From assembly GCA_910585265.1 (NCBI GenBank), contig CAJUCA010000005.1:11343-35342 (forward strand): a stretch of DNA of 24,000 bases, given 5' to 3'. Below are positions 16,156 to 24,000 of this stretch, piece by piece. The translations under genes and the position numbers were made by a program. The stretch is from an uncultured Oscillospiraceae bacterium (GTDB taxonomy: Bacteria; Bacillota; Clostridia; Oscillospirales; Oscillospiraceae). The notes beneath the pieces were generated by a model, which was given only the letters and a program-made list of their open reading frames with translations, was not told the DNA's origin and made no database searches. The first letter of the stretch is position 1, and each line of letters starts with the position of its first letter.

Positions 16156-16176
16156 GGATTAAAGGAGGTTCCCGCT

Positions 16177-17886
16177 ATGCGGATGAAAGGGTCCCAGATC
16201 GTCATGGAATGCCTGCTGGAGCAGGGGGTGGACACGGTGTTCGGCTACCCCGGCGGCACCATCCTCAACATCTACGACGAGTTCGAGCTTCACGGCTACC
16301 ACCAGAAGATCCACCACTACCTCACCTCCCACGAGCAGGGCGCGTCCCACGCCGCCGACGGCTACGCCCGGTCCACCGGGAAGGTGGGCGTGTGCTTCGC
16401 CACCTCCGGCCCCGGGGCCACCAACCTGGTCACCGGAATCGCCACCGCCTACTACGACTCCTCCCCCGTGGTGTTCATCACCTGCAACGTCAGCGAGAAC
16501 CTCATCGGCAAGGACTCCTTCCAGGAGGTGGATATCACCGGAATCACCATGCCCATCACCAAATGCAACTTCCTGGTGAAGGACGTGAACGAGCTGGCGG
16601 ACGTGATCCGGGAGGCCTTCGCCATCGCCCGGTCCGGCCGCCCCGGCCCGGTGCTGGTGGACATCGCCAAGAATATCACCGCCACCGAGGGGGAGTACCA
16701 ATACCTCCCCCTGGCGGAGCACCCCAACCACGGGCGGCTGGCCACCCTGCTGCGCCGCTCCAACCGGGAGCTGAAAAGCCCGGAGCCCGACCAGGGGGAC
16801 ATCGACAAGCTGCTGGAGTTCATCGCCCAGTCCCAGCGGCCCATGGTGCTGGTGGGGGGCGGCGTGATCCGCTCCAAGGGGGCGGTGCCGGAGTTCCGCA
16901 CCTTCATGGAGCGGCTGGACGCCCCGGTGGGCTCCACCATCATGGGCGGCGGGGCCTGCCCCGGAAACCACCCCCTGTTCACCGGCATGGTGGGGATGCA
17001 CGGCTCCCACGCCTCCAACATGGCCACCGCCGAGTGCGACCTGCTCATCGCCGTCGGCTGCCGCTTCTCCGACCGGGTGGCCACCGATCCCGCCTCCTTC
17101 GCCGCCAACGCCAAGATCGTACATATTGACATCGACCGGGCGGAGATCGACAAGAACGTGAAAACCTGCCACCACATCGTGGGGGACGCCCGCCGTGTGC
17201 TGGAGCTGCTGAACGAGCGGCTGCCCCAGCACGACTACGCCGCCTGGAAGGCCCAGGTATTCGCCCGGAAGGAGCTGCCCCTGAAGAAGGACAACCTCCT
17301 CCACGCCCACGAGATTTTGGAGACCATCTCCGACCTGACCAACGGCGACGCCATCATCGCCACCGACGTGGGCCAGCATCAGATGTGGTCCTGCCAGTAT
17401 TACCACTTCTCCCGCCCGGGCCAGCTGCTCACCAGCGGCGGCTTCGGCACCATGGGCTTCGGCCTGGGGGCCGCCATGGGGGCCACGGTGGGCAATCCCG
17501 GCAAGGTGGTGGTCCACTGCACCGGGGACGGCTGCTTCCGCATGAACTGCCACGAGCTGGCCACCGTGGAGCACTACGGCCTGCCCGTCATCACCGTGAT
17601 CTTCAACAACCGCACCCTGGGCATGGTGCGCCAGTGGCAGAACCTGATCTATGAGAAGCGGTTCTCCCAGACCACCCTGGACCGGGGCCCCGACTTCGTG
17701 AAGCTGGCGGAGGCCTACGGCCTCAAGGGCTTCCGGGCCGGAAGCCAGGCGGAGTTTGAGGACGCCTTCCGGCAGGCGTTGGAGACGGGCCGGGGCTGTG
17801 TCATCGACTGCGCCATCGACATGGACGCCATGGTCCACCCCATGGTGGGCGGCGGCACCCCCGTCACCGAATTCCTGCTTCACTAA
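16177..17886 (+). CDS. ilvB: Acetolactate synthase, large (catalytic) subunit
   Basis: 569 aa TPP enzyme. FGYPGGTILNIYDEF; HEQGASHAADGYARSTGKVGVCFATSGPGATNLVTG; GDGCFRMNCHELATVEHYGLPVITVIFNNRTLGMVRQWQ. Confidence 0.97.
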   Translation: MRMKGSQIVMECLLEQGVDTVFGYPGGTILNIYDEFELHGYHQKIHHYLTSHEQGASHAADGYARSTGKVGVCFATSGPGATNLVTGIATAYYDSSPVVFITCNVSENLIGKDSFQEVDITGITMPITKCNFLVKDVNELADVIREAFAIARSGRPGPVLVDIAKNITATEGEYQYLPLAEHPNHGRLATLLRRSNRELKSPEPDQGDIDKLLEFIAQSQRPMVLVGGGVIRSKGAVPEFRTFMERLDAPVGSTIMGGGACPGNHPLFTGMVGMHGSHASNMATAECDLLIAVGCRFSDRVATDPASFAANAKIVHIDIDRAEIDKNVKTCHHIVGDARRVLELLNERLPQHDYAAWKAQVFARKELPLKKDNLLHAHEILETISDLTNGDAIIATDVGQHQMWSCQYYHFSRPGQLLTSGGFGTMGFGLGAAMGATVGNPGKVVVHCTGDGCFRMNCHELATVEHYGLPVITVIFNNRTLGMVRQWQNLIYEKRFSQTTLDRGPDFVKLAEAYGLKGFRAGSQAEFEDAFRQALETGRGCVIDCAIDMDAMVHPMVGGGTPVTEFLLH

Positions 17887-17901
17887 GGGAGGAGACAAGC
17901 C

Positions 17902-18462
17902 ATGACAACCATCATCAAGCGTCACACCCTGTCGGTGCTGGTGGAGAACACCGCCGGCGTGCTCAGCCAGGTGTCCCGCCTGTTCTCCCGGAAGGGGTAT
18001 AACATCGAGTCCCTGGCAGTGGGCACCACCGACGATCCGGCGGTGTCCCGCATCACCATCGAGGTGCTGTGCGGGGAGCAGCAGGTCAGCCAGATCATCA
18101 ACCAGCTGCGCAAGCAGTTTTCCGTCTACTCCGTGCGGCTGCTGCCCCCGGAGCAGTCCATCCGCCGGGAACTGGTGCTCATCAAGGTGAAGGCGGAGAG
18201 CCGGGAGGTGCGCAATGAGGTGATCCAGATTGCCAACATCTTCCGGGCGTCCATCATCGACGTGTCCACCCAGAGCCTGACCCTGGCCATCATCGGCCAG
18301 GAGTCCAAGGACGACGCCCTGGAAAAGCTGCTGGCCGAGTTCGGCATCCTGGAGCTGGTGCGCACCGGCATGGTGGCCCTGGAGCGGGGGGAGGCCACCA
18401 TCCGCAACAATTCCGGCAACAAGGTCCGGGACGAGTTCGATTTGGGGAAGAATATCCTCTGA
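17902..18462 (+). CDS. ilvN: Acetolactate synthase, small (regulatory) subunit
   Basis: 186 aa. ACT domain HTLSVLVENTAGVLSQVSRLFSRKGYNIESLAVGTTDDPAVSRITI. Downstream of ilvB. Confidence 0.95.
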   Translation: MTTIIKRHTLSVLVENTAGVLSQVSRLFSRKGYNIESLAVGTTDDPAVSRITIEVLCGEQQVSQIINQLRKQFSVYSVRLLPPEQSIRRELVLIKVKAESREVRNEVIQIANIFRASIIDVSTQSLTLAIIGQESKDDALEKLLAEFGILELVRTGMVALERGEATIRNNSGNKVRDEFDLGKNIL

Positions 18463-18610
18463 TTGTATCACGGTTATCATTCTTTTCCCCGACGCCGTGA
18501 TATACTCTTAGCACCATGACCCGCGCAAAACGTTCCTCCCCTCCCGCCCTCCGGGCGGGGAGGAACAAAGAAGCGTTTTCATAACATTTTTTGTGAGGAG
18601 TGTTTTTACC

Positions 18611-19630
18611 ATGGCTAAAATGTACTATGAGAAGGACTGCGACCTGAGCTGGCTGAAGGGCAAAAAGATCGCCGTCATCGGCTACGGCTCCCAGGGCCAC
18701 GCCCACGCCCTCAACCTGAAGGACTCCGGCTGCGACGTGTGCGTGGGCCTGCGGGAGGGCTCCAAGAGCCGGCCCGCCGCCGAAGCCGCCGGGCTGGCGG
18801 TGAAAACCGTCCCCAACGCCGCCCAGTGGGCGGATATCGTGATGATCCTCATCAACGACGAGGTGCAGGCCGAGGTCTACCACCGGGACATCGCCCCCTA
18901 CATGACCGAGGGCAAGGCCCTGGCCTTCGCCCACGGCTTCAACATCCGCTACCAGCAGATCGTCCCCCCCGCCGGGGTGGACGTGTTCATGGCCGCCCCC
19001 AAGGGCCCGGGCCACACCGTCCGCTCCACCTACGTGGCGGGCAAGGGCGTGCCCTGCCTGGTGGCGGTGGAGCAGGACGCCACCGGCCATGCCTACCAGA
19101 CCGCCCTGGCCTACATCGCGGGCATCGGCGGCGCGCGGGCGGGGGTGATGGAGACCACCTTCCACGACGAAACCGAGACCGACCTGTTCGGTGAGCAGAC
19201 CGTGCTGTGCGGCGGCGTGGTGGACCTGATGCGCTGCGGCTTTGAGGTGCTGGTGGAGGCGGGCTATGAGCCGGAGAACGCCTATTTCGAGTGCATCCAC
19301 GAGATGAAGCTCATCATCGACCTGATCAACAAGGGCGGCGTGGCGGCCATGAACTTCTCCATCTCCGACACCGCCGAGTTCGGCGAGTACGTCAGCGGCC
19401 CCCGGGTTATCCCCCACGAGGAGACCAAGGCCCGTATGCGCGCCGTGCTGTCCGACATCCAGGACGGCACCTTCGCGGGCAAGTGGATCGCGGAGAACAA
19501 GAACGGCCGCACCTTCTTCAACTCCAAGCGGCAGCAGCTCAAGAAGCACCAGATGGAGATCGTGGGCGGCGAGCTGCGCAAAAACATGATCTGGGGCGGC
19601 GATTCCGATCTCGACACCGCCTCCAACTAA
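18611..19630 (+). CDS. ilvC: Ketol-acid reductoisomerase
   Basis: 339 aa. [49 protein letters not shown]...[13 protein letters not shown]. Confidence 0.98.
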   Translation: MAKMYYEKDCDLSWLKGKKIAVIGYGSQGHAHALNLKDSGCDVCVGLREGSKSRPAAEAAGLAVKTVPNAAQWADIVMILINDEVQAEVYHRDIAPYMTEGKALAFAHGFNIRYQQIVPPAGVDVFMAAPKGPGHTVRSTYVAGKGVPCLVAVEQDATGHAYQTALAYIAGIGGARAGVMETTFHDETETDLFGEQTVLCGGVVDLMRCGFEVLVEAGYEPENAYFECIHEMKLIIDLINKGGVAAMNFSISDTAEFGEYVSGPRVIPHEETKARMRAVLSDIQDGTFAGKWIAENKNGRTFFNSKRQQLKKHQMEIVGGELRKNMIWGGDSDLDTASN

Positions 19631-19646
19631 TTACGTTCCAGCAAAA

Positions 19647-19676
19647 ACGGCCCGTCCGGCATACCGGACGGGCCGT
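19647..19676 (+). terminator. Terminator-like hairpin downstream of ilvC
   Basis: acggcccgtccgg(cata)ccggacgggccgt, perfect 13-bp stem. Confidence 0.7.
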
Positions 19677-19751
19677 AATATTGTCAAAAAAGCCGCTTCT
19701 GTTCCGACGCCGGGAAAATGTTTAAGAATTGTTAAAATGCGCGGCAGCCTA

Positions 19752-19783
19752 TTGACAGCCCAATATTATTTAACGTATAATAT
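19752..19783 (+). promoter_or_regulatory. Promoter with overlapping palindrome upstream of padR-family gene
   Basis: TTGACA (19752-19757), 18-bp spacer, TATAAT (19776-19781). Inverted repeat ATATTAT(19763-19769)-N7-ATAATAT(19777-19783). Confidence 0.75.
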
Positions 19784-19833
19784 CGTTTGAAAGCAAGGCC
19801 GCCCCACGGCGGCACGGAAAGAAGGGATGGCTT

Positions 19834-20154
19834 TTGGCATTCGCAATGAGTCCCCAGCTGCTGGACGGCTGTGTACTGGCGGTACTGTCCCGGGGGGACG
19901 CCTACGGCTACATCCTCACCCAGCAGATGAAGGCGCGGCTGGATATCTCTGAGTCCGCCCTGTACCCGGTGCTCCGGCGTTTGCAGCGGGACGGGCTGCT
20001 CTCGGTGTACGACCGCCCCTACCAGGGGCGCAACCGGAGGTATTACGCCATCACCCCCGTGGGCCGCACCCAGCTGGACAACCGGCGGCGGGACTGGGCG
20101 GCGTTCCGGGACGGCGTAGAGGAGCTTATGAAGGAGGAGATTCAGGATGGATAA
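19834..20154 (+). CDS. PadR family transcriptional regulator
   Basis: SPQLLDGCVLAVLSRGDAYGYILTQQMKARLDISESALYPVLRRLQRDGLLSVYDRPYQGRNRRYYAITPVG. Start TTG 19834 or ATG 19846. Confidence 0.94.
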   Translation: MAFAMSPQLLDGCVLAVLSRGDAYGYILTQQMKARLDISESALYPVLRRLQRDGLLSVYDRPYQGRNRRYYAITPVGRTQLDNRRRDWAAFRDGVEELMKEEIQDG

Positions 20155-21298
20155 ACTGACCTATTTGGCGGAGCTGGCGGAAGGGCTGGCCCGGTGGGTG
20201 CCGGAGCGGGAGCGGCAGGACATCCTGCGCTACTACGCGGAATACTTCGACGAGGCCGGCCCCGACAAGGAGGGCCAGGTGGTGGCGGAGCTGGGGGACC
20301 CCTGGGCCCTGTCCTGCCGCCTGGCGGTGGAGGGCGGCTACGTCACCCAGCAGGGGGCGGACAGCTGGATCGCCCCGAAACGGAAGCGGCGGCCCCTGCT
20401 GGCCGCAGCTGTGGCGGCCTGCGTGATCCTTGTGGCGGTGTCGGTGGCCATGGCTGCGGCCCGGTTCGGCGGCTGGATCGGCGGGCTGGTCCGCGGCAGC
20501 GTGACCAATGGGGTCAACGTGGCGCAGGTGGAGGAGGGCATCGGGTTTGTCACCCTCCCGCAGGAGCCGTCAGTGGAGTTTATCGAGGGCAAGGAGTTCA
20601 TGGGCGGGTTCTGGACCGAGCAGAACAGCAATCTGGATCCGTTCCTGTCCATCGACGCCAACATCAGCCTGGGAAACATCACCGTCACCGAGGGGAGCGA
20701 CTTCACCCTCTATATCCAGTATCCCGGCAACCTGAGCCATATCCTGGAGTGGGAGGTAAAGGACGGCGTTCTGAAGATCCGGGACTCCGACGCCTTGCCC
20801 CACGTGGAGGTCAGCAGCTGGGAGGATTTCTGGGATCTGTTCGGGGGCCGCAGCGAGGCGGCGCGGGTGGACATCACCGTACCCGCCGGGACGCTGCTGG
20901 AGACGCTGGAGCTCAAAACGGGCCTGGGCGATGTGTTCCTGTCCGGCCTGGAGGTCAACAAGATAGAGAGCAAGACGGGCCTGGGCGATGTGGAGTGCTT
21001 TGAGCTTCAGGCCCGGAAAAAGCTGACGCTGAAAAGCGGCATGGGCGATGTGAACCTGGGCCTGGAGGAGCTGTGGGACGGCGTGGCCATAGAGCTGAAA
21101 ACTGGCATGGGCAATGTGGAGGCCAGCCTGGACTGCCCGGAGCGGGGCTGCCGCTACGAGGTCAAGACCGGGATGGGGAACATCCTGATCAACGGCCAGT
21201 CCCGGGGAACCAAGGCCGTCCGGGACGGAAGCGCGCCCTACAAGCTGGAAATAGACAACGGCATGGGGGACATCAAGCTGTACTTTCAGGAGGGATGA
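20147..21298 (+). CDS. DUF1700 / DUF4097 fusion membrane protein
   Basis: 383 aa. N-terminal cytosolic DUF1700-like segment (LAEGLARWVPERERQDILRYYAEYFDEAG), one TM segment, and C-terminal K(T/S)G(L/M)G(D/N)V repeats typical of DUF4097. Overlaps the padR 3' end by 8 bp. Confidence 0.87.
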   Translation: MDKLTYLAELAEGLARWVPERERQDILRYYAEYFDEAGPDKEGQVVAELGDPWALSCRLAVEGGYVTQQGADSWIAPKRKRRPLLAAAVAACVILVAVSVAMAAARFGGWIGGLVRGSVTNGVNVAQVEEGIGFVTLPQEPSVEFIEGKEFMGGFWTEQNSNLDPFLSIDANISLGNITVTEGSDFTLYIQYPGNLSHILEWEVKDGVLKIRDSDALPHVEVSSWEDFWDLFGGRSEAARVDITVPAGTLLETLELKTGLGDVFLSGLEVNKIESKTGLGDVECFELQARKKLTLKSGMGDVNLGLEELWDGVAIELKTGMGNVEASLDCPERGCRYEVKTGMGNILINGQSRGTKAVRDGSAPYKLEIDNGMGDIKLYFQEG

Positions 21299-21304
21299 CC
21301 GGTG

Positions 21305-22813
21305 ATGATCCAGAGGAAAAAATCCGGGCTGCTGTCCCTGCTGCTGGTGCTTGCCCTGCTGGCGGGCTGCGCCCCGGCGGCGGAAACGCCGCCCCCCGGC
21401 CCCATCCCCTCCCAGTCCGTGTCCACCCCCGCCCCCACCCCGGAGCCCACCCCCACCCCTGCGCCGGAGCCGGTGGACTTCCATGAATTTTTGGACGGGG
21501 TGAACGCCGCCCGGAAAGCCATCGTCGATCAGAAGGGGCACATCGACATCTCCGCCTATACCCCGGACTTCCGCGAGCAGAACAACACCTTCACGGAGGA
21601 GGAGATGGAACTGCTCACCACCGAGCGTAAGTTTTTGGAGTCCTTGCCCCTGGAGGATGCGCTGGAGGATGTGGACACCTTCTTCCGGCTCCTTCAGACC
21701 ACCTATGGGGCCTATTACTACTTCGGCGGGGACGAGGTTTTCCTCCCCATCCGGGACGCGGTGAAGGAGGAGCTGACCGCCATCAGCATCCCCAGTACCA
21801 AGAATCAGAACGAAACCCAGTACCTGAGCGAGGCACCGGGGCGAATTCTGTACAAGCACCTCTCCCCGGTGCTGTTGGACGGCCATTTCATGATTGGACA
21901 ATACGCCCCCCGGAACACCTTCGCCAAGTATATGTACTATGTGCCCAACCTCTACCGGGACAGCGTGGAGGGCGCGGAAAATCCCGGCTACCTCAAGCCC
22001 ACCATCGGCCCGGACGGGCGGATCTGCTACTGGTATGCCGCCCTCAGCCATGACGGGAGCGATCTGCCCGACACCCTGGACGGGATCTCCCTCAAGTGGA
22101 GGTGGCAGAAGGCCCTGCGGGCAAGCAGCGACAATGCCGCCCCCGCCTTTTCCGAATCGGAGTGGGAGGGGATTCCCGTCCTCACCTCCCGGCGTATGAA
22201 TGCTGGATGGGAGAACGCCGACGCAAACGAGCAGGCCCTCCAGCGTCTGGCCGACTGCGGCGGGGAGTATGCGGACAGCCCCTTACTTATTTTTGATGTG
22301 CGTGGGAATCCCGGCGGCAATGACCTGTATATCATGAAGTGGTTCGAGGGCTGGGCTGGGACAAAAGCGGCACCTCGGAGAGCATTCTCTCTTCGGTATA
22401 GCCAGCTATCTTGCAGTAAGTTTCTCAACGGCTATCCTGCCGAATACATGGGTACCTTCAGCCATTACATCAGCCCTGGGGAGTGGGCGGAGCATTCCGG
22501 CCCCGTCTTTGTCCTTCAGGACAAAGGGACGGCCTCCTCGGGAGAGACGGCGGTGGAGTTTTTCCGTACGGCGGCGGACACCCTGTTTGTGGGCGGGCCC
22601 ACCCTGGGCTGCGCCCTCACACCCAACAATGTGAACCTGTACCTCCCGCACTCGGGGCTGCAATGCTACTTTGGCACCGGCCTCACCTTCTGCGAGACCG
22701 ATGAAAACCTGGACGGCGTGGGCTACCTCCCCGACCTGTGGGTGGAGCCCACCCGGGCCATGGAGCTCACCCAAAAGCTCATCGAATTTTATGGACTGAA
22801 CCAGCCCCAATAA
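21305..22813 (+). CDS. S41 (tail-specific protease)-like lipoprotein
   Basis: Lipobox LALLAGC, Pro/Thr-rich linker, LLIFDVRGNPGGND, TASSGETAVEFFRTAADTLFVGGPTLGCALTPN, and a C-terminal DGVGYLPDLWV motif. Confidence 0.8.
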   Translation: MIQRKKSGLLSLLLVLALLAGCAPAAETPPPGPIPSQSVSTPAPTPEPTPTPAPEPVDFHEFLDGVNAARKAIVDQKGHIDISAYTPDFREQNNTFTEEEMELLTTERKFLESLPLEDALEDVDTFFRLLQTTYGAYYYFGGDEVFLPIRDAVKEELTAISIPSTKNQNETQYLSEAPGRILYKHLSPVLLDGHFMIGQYAPRNTFAKYMYYVPNLYRDSVEGAENPGYLKPTIGPDGRICYWYAALSHDGSDLPDTLDGISLKWRWQKALRASSDNAAPAFSESEWEGIPVLTSRRMNAGWENADANEQALQRLADCGGEYADSPLLIFDVRGNPGGNDLYIMKWFEGWAGTKAAPRRAFSLRYSQLSCSKFLNGYPAEYMGTFSHYISPGEWAEHSGPVFVLQDKGTASSGETAVEFFRTAADTLFVGGPTLGCALTPNNVNLYLPHSGLQCYFGTGLTFCETDENLDGVGYLPDLWVEPTRAMELTQKLIEFYGLNQPQ

Positions 22814-22817
22814 ACAG

Positions 22818-22850
22818 CAGGCCCCCCGGAGCTTCCGGGGGGCCTGTTTT
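22818..22850 (+). terminator. Rho-independent terminator downstream of S41-like gene
   Basis: caggccccccgga(gct)tccggggggcctg followed by TTTT. Confidence 0.85.
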
Positions 22851-22851
22851 A

Positions 22852-23011
22852 GAACCTGTATTCACAGCCGAGGATGCCATCGGGGCGAGGAATTTTTCCG
22901 TCAGACAAGGCGCGTTTTCGCGGGAATACTTTGTGTATTTCAAGAAAACGCAACGCGGTATGACGGAAAAAGGCCCGTCCAGACGGCGTTTGAGGCTGTG
23001 AATACAGGTTC
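22852..23011. mobile_element. MITE-like palindromic element, copy B (160 bp)
   Basis: TIR gaacctgtattcacagcc (22852-22869) / ggctgtgaatacaggttc (22994-23011), 18 bp perfect. Nested stems TTTTTCCGTCA(22893-22903)/TGACGGAAAAA(22961-22971) and GCGTTTTC(22912-22919)/GAAAACGC(22944-22951). Flanks TTA / TCA. Confidence 0.87.
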
Positions 23012-24000
23012 TCAGTTTTTCAGGCTGTGGAGCGGCGCGGGAATCCGCCCGCCCCGGGCCACGAACTCCTCCGCGCTCCCGGTGTGGCAGGGCATCACCG
23101 GGGCGGAGCCTAACAGCCCGCCGAACTCCACCACGTCCCCCACCTGCTTCCCCGGCGCGGGGATGAGGCGGACGGCGGTGGTTTTCTGGTTCACCATGCC
23201 GATGGCGGCCTCGTCCGCGATGATGGCGGACAGGGCGGCGGCGGAGGTGTCCCCGGGGACGGCGATCATGTCCAGCCCCACGGAACACACGCAGGTCATG
23301 GCCTCCAGCTTGTCCAGGGTGAGGGCGCCGGACTGGGCGGCGGCGATCATGCCCTCGTCCTCGCTCACCGGGATGAAGGCCCCGGACAGCCCCCCCACCG
23401 AGGAGGACGCCATCACCCCGCCCTTCTTCACCGCGTCGTTCAGCAGGGCCAGGGCGGCGGTGGTGCCGTGCCCGCCGCACCGCTCCAGCCCCATCTCCTC
23501 CAGAATCCGGGCCACGCTGTCCCCCACGGCGGGGGTGGGGGCCAGGGACAGGTCCACGATCCCGAAGGGCACGCCCAGGCGCGCGCTGGCCTCCCGGGCC
23601 ACCAGCTGGCCCATGCGGGTCACCTGGAAGGCGGTCTTTTTGATCAGCTCCGCCACCACGTCGAAGGGCTGGCCCTTCACGGACTGGAGGGCGTGGTACA
23701 CCACGCCGGGGCCGGACACCCCCACGTTGATCACCCGCTCCGCCTCCCCCACGCCGTGGAAGGCCCCGGCCATGAAGGGGTTGTCCTCCACCGCGTTGCA
23801 GAACACCACCAGCTTGGCGCAGCCGAAGCCGCCCCGGTCGGCGGTGCGCTCCGCCGCGGCCTTGATGGTCTCCCCCATGAGGCGCACCGCGTCCATATTG
23901 ATGCCCGCCTTGGTGGAGCCCACGTTGACGGAGGAGCACACCACGTCGGTGACGGCCAGGGCCTCCGGGATGGCGGCGATGAGCTTTTTGTCCGCCTCGG
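23012..24000 (-). CDS. UPF0210 / PFL family protein (DUF711-like), 5' end beyond window
   Basis: Frame remains open to the window edge. [34 protein letters not shown]...[66 protein letters not shown]. Confidence 0.92.
   Translation of the reverse strand, partial: EADKKLIAAIPEALAVTDVVCSSVNVGSTKAGINMDAVRLMGETIKAAAERTADRGGFGCAKLVVFCNAVEDNPFMAGAFHGVGEAERVINVGVSGPGVVYHALQSVKGQPFDVVAELIKKTAFQVTRMGQLVAREASARLGVPFGIVDLSLAPTPAVGDSVARILEEMGLERCGGHGTTAALALLNDAVKKGGVMASSSVGGLSGAFIPVSEDEGMIAAAQSGALTLDKLEAMTCVCSVGLDMIAVPGDTSAAALSAIIADEAAIGMVNQKTTAVRLIPAPGKQVGDVVEFGGLLGSAPVMPCHTGSAEEFVARGGRIPAPLHSLKN

Noticed and set aside
16091-16162. 23-codon ORF as a classical branched-chain amino-acid leader peptide
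   Set aside because: MYGLTPTAEHGSSCVGRGCAFLD lacks clustered Ile/Leu/Val codons and an evident SD. Kept only as context for the attenuator finding.
15115-17886. 923-aa plus-strand ORF in the track
   Set aside because: Its C-terminal part is the real IlvB (start 16177). The upstream extension crosses the DUF1540 region out of frame, a terminator and a promoter.
16159-18480. 773-aa minus-strand ORF
   Set aside because: It lies antisense to ilvB/ilvN and has low-complexity His/Gly/Asp/Val-rich content, typical of shadow ORFs in high-GC DNA. ilvB/ilvN have clear family motifs.
20570-22051. 493-aa minus-strand ORF opposite the DUF1700/DUF4097 and S41-like genes
   Set aside because: Shadow ORF with biased composition and no recognisable family motif.
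1-24000. CRISPR arrays, tRNA/rRNA genes, phage or restriction/defence genes
   Set aside because: No regularly spaced direct repeats, cloverleaf-like or rRNA signatures, and no defence or phage family motifs were recognised in any plausible ORF. A tRNAscan-SE/Infernal run would be needed to be definitive.

Overview
GC-rich window that looks like a gut Firmicute (Oscillospiraceae-like by gene content and style; this is inference). It is mostly housekeeping or metabolic gene content: the end of a maltose/sugar ABC transporter permease pair, a LacI regulator and 4-alpha-glucanotransferase, a flavodiiron protein with an alpha/beta hydrolase, a DegV protein, UDP-galactopyranose mutase with a GT2 glycosyltransferase, thioredoxin, a CNNM/CorC-type protein, L-serine dehydratase beta and alpha subunits, a DUF3795 protein, a membrane protein, a DUF1540 protein, ilvB/ilvN/ilvC, PadR with a DUF1700/DUF4097 fusion and an S41-like lipoprotein, and a UPF0210/PFL-family protein. 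No CRISPR array, rRNA, tRNA or autonomous transposase was recognised. The strongest unannotated signal is a ~160-bp palindromic MITE-like family. It has two copies (14092-14252 and 22852-23011) with 17-18 bp perfect terminal inverted repeats, a shared 22-bp core and TNA-type flanks. A probable solo terminus lies at 11971. All three abut or overlap stop codons. Other notable signals are a second, diverged 3' end of glf separated from the gene by a 158-bp offset containing hairpin repeats, a promoter plus attenuator-like hairpin in front of ilvB, an interrupted inverted-repeat element upstream of the LacI gene, and a palindromic candidate operator overlapping the PadR promoter. I found no convincing new defence or multi-gene system.
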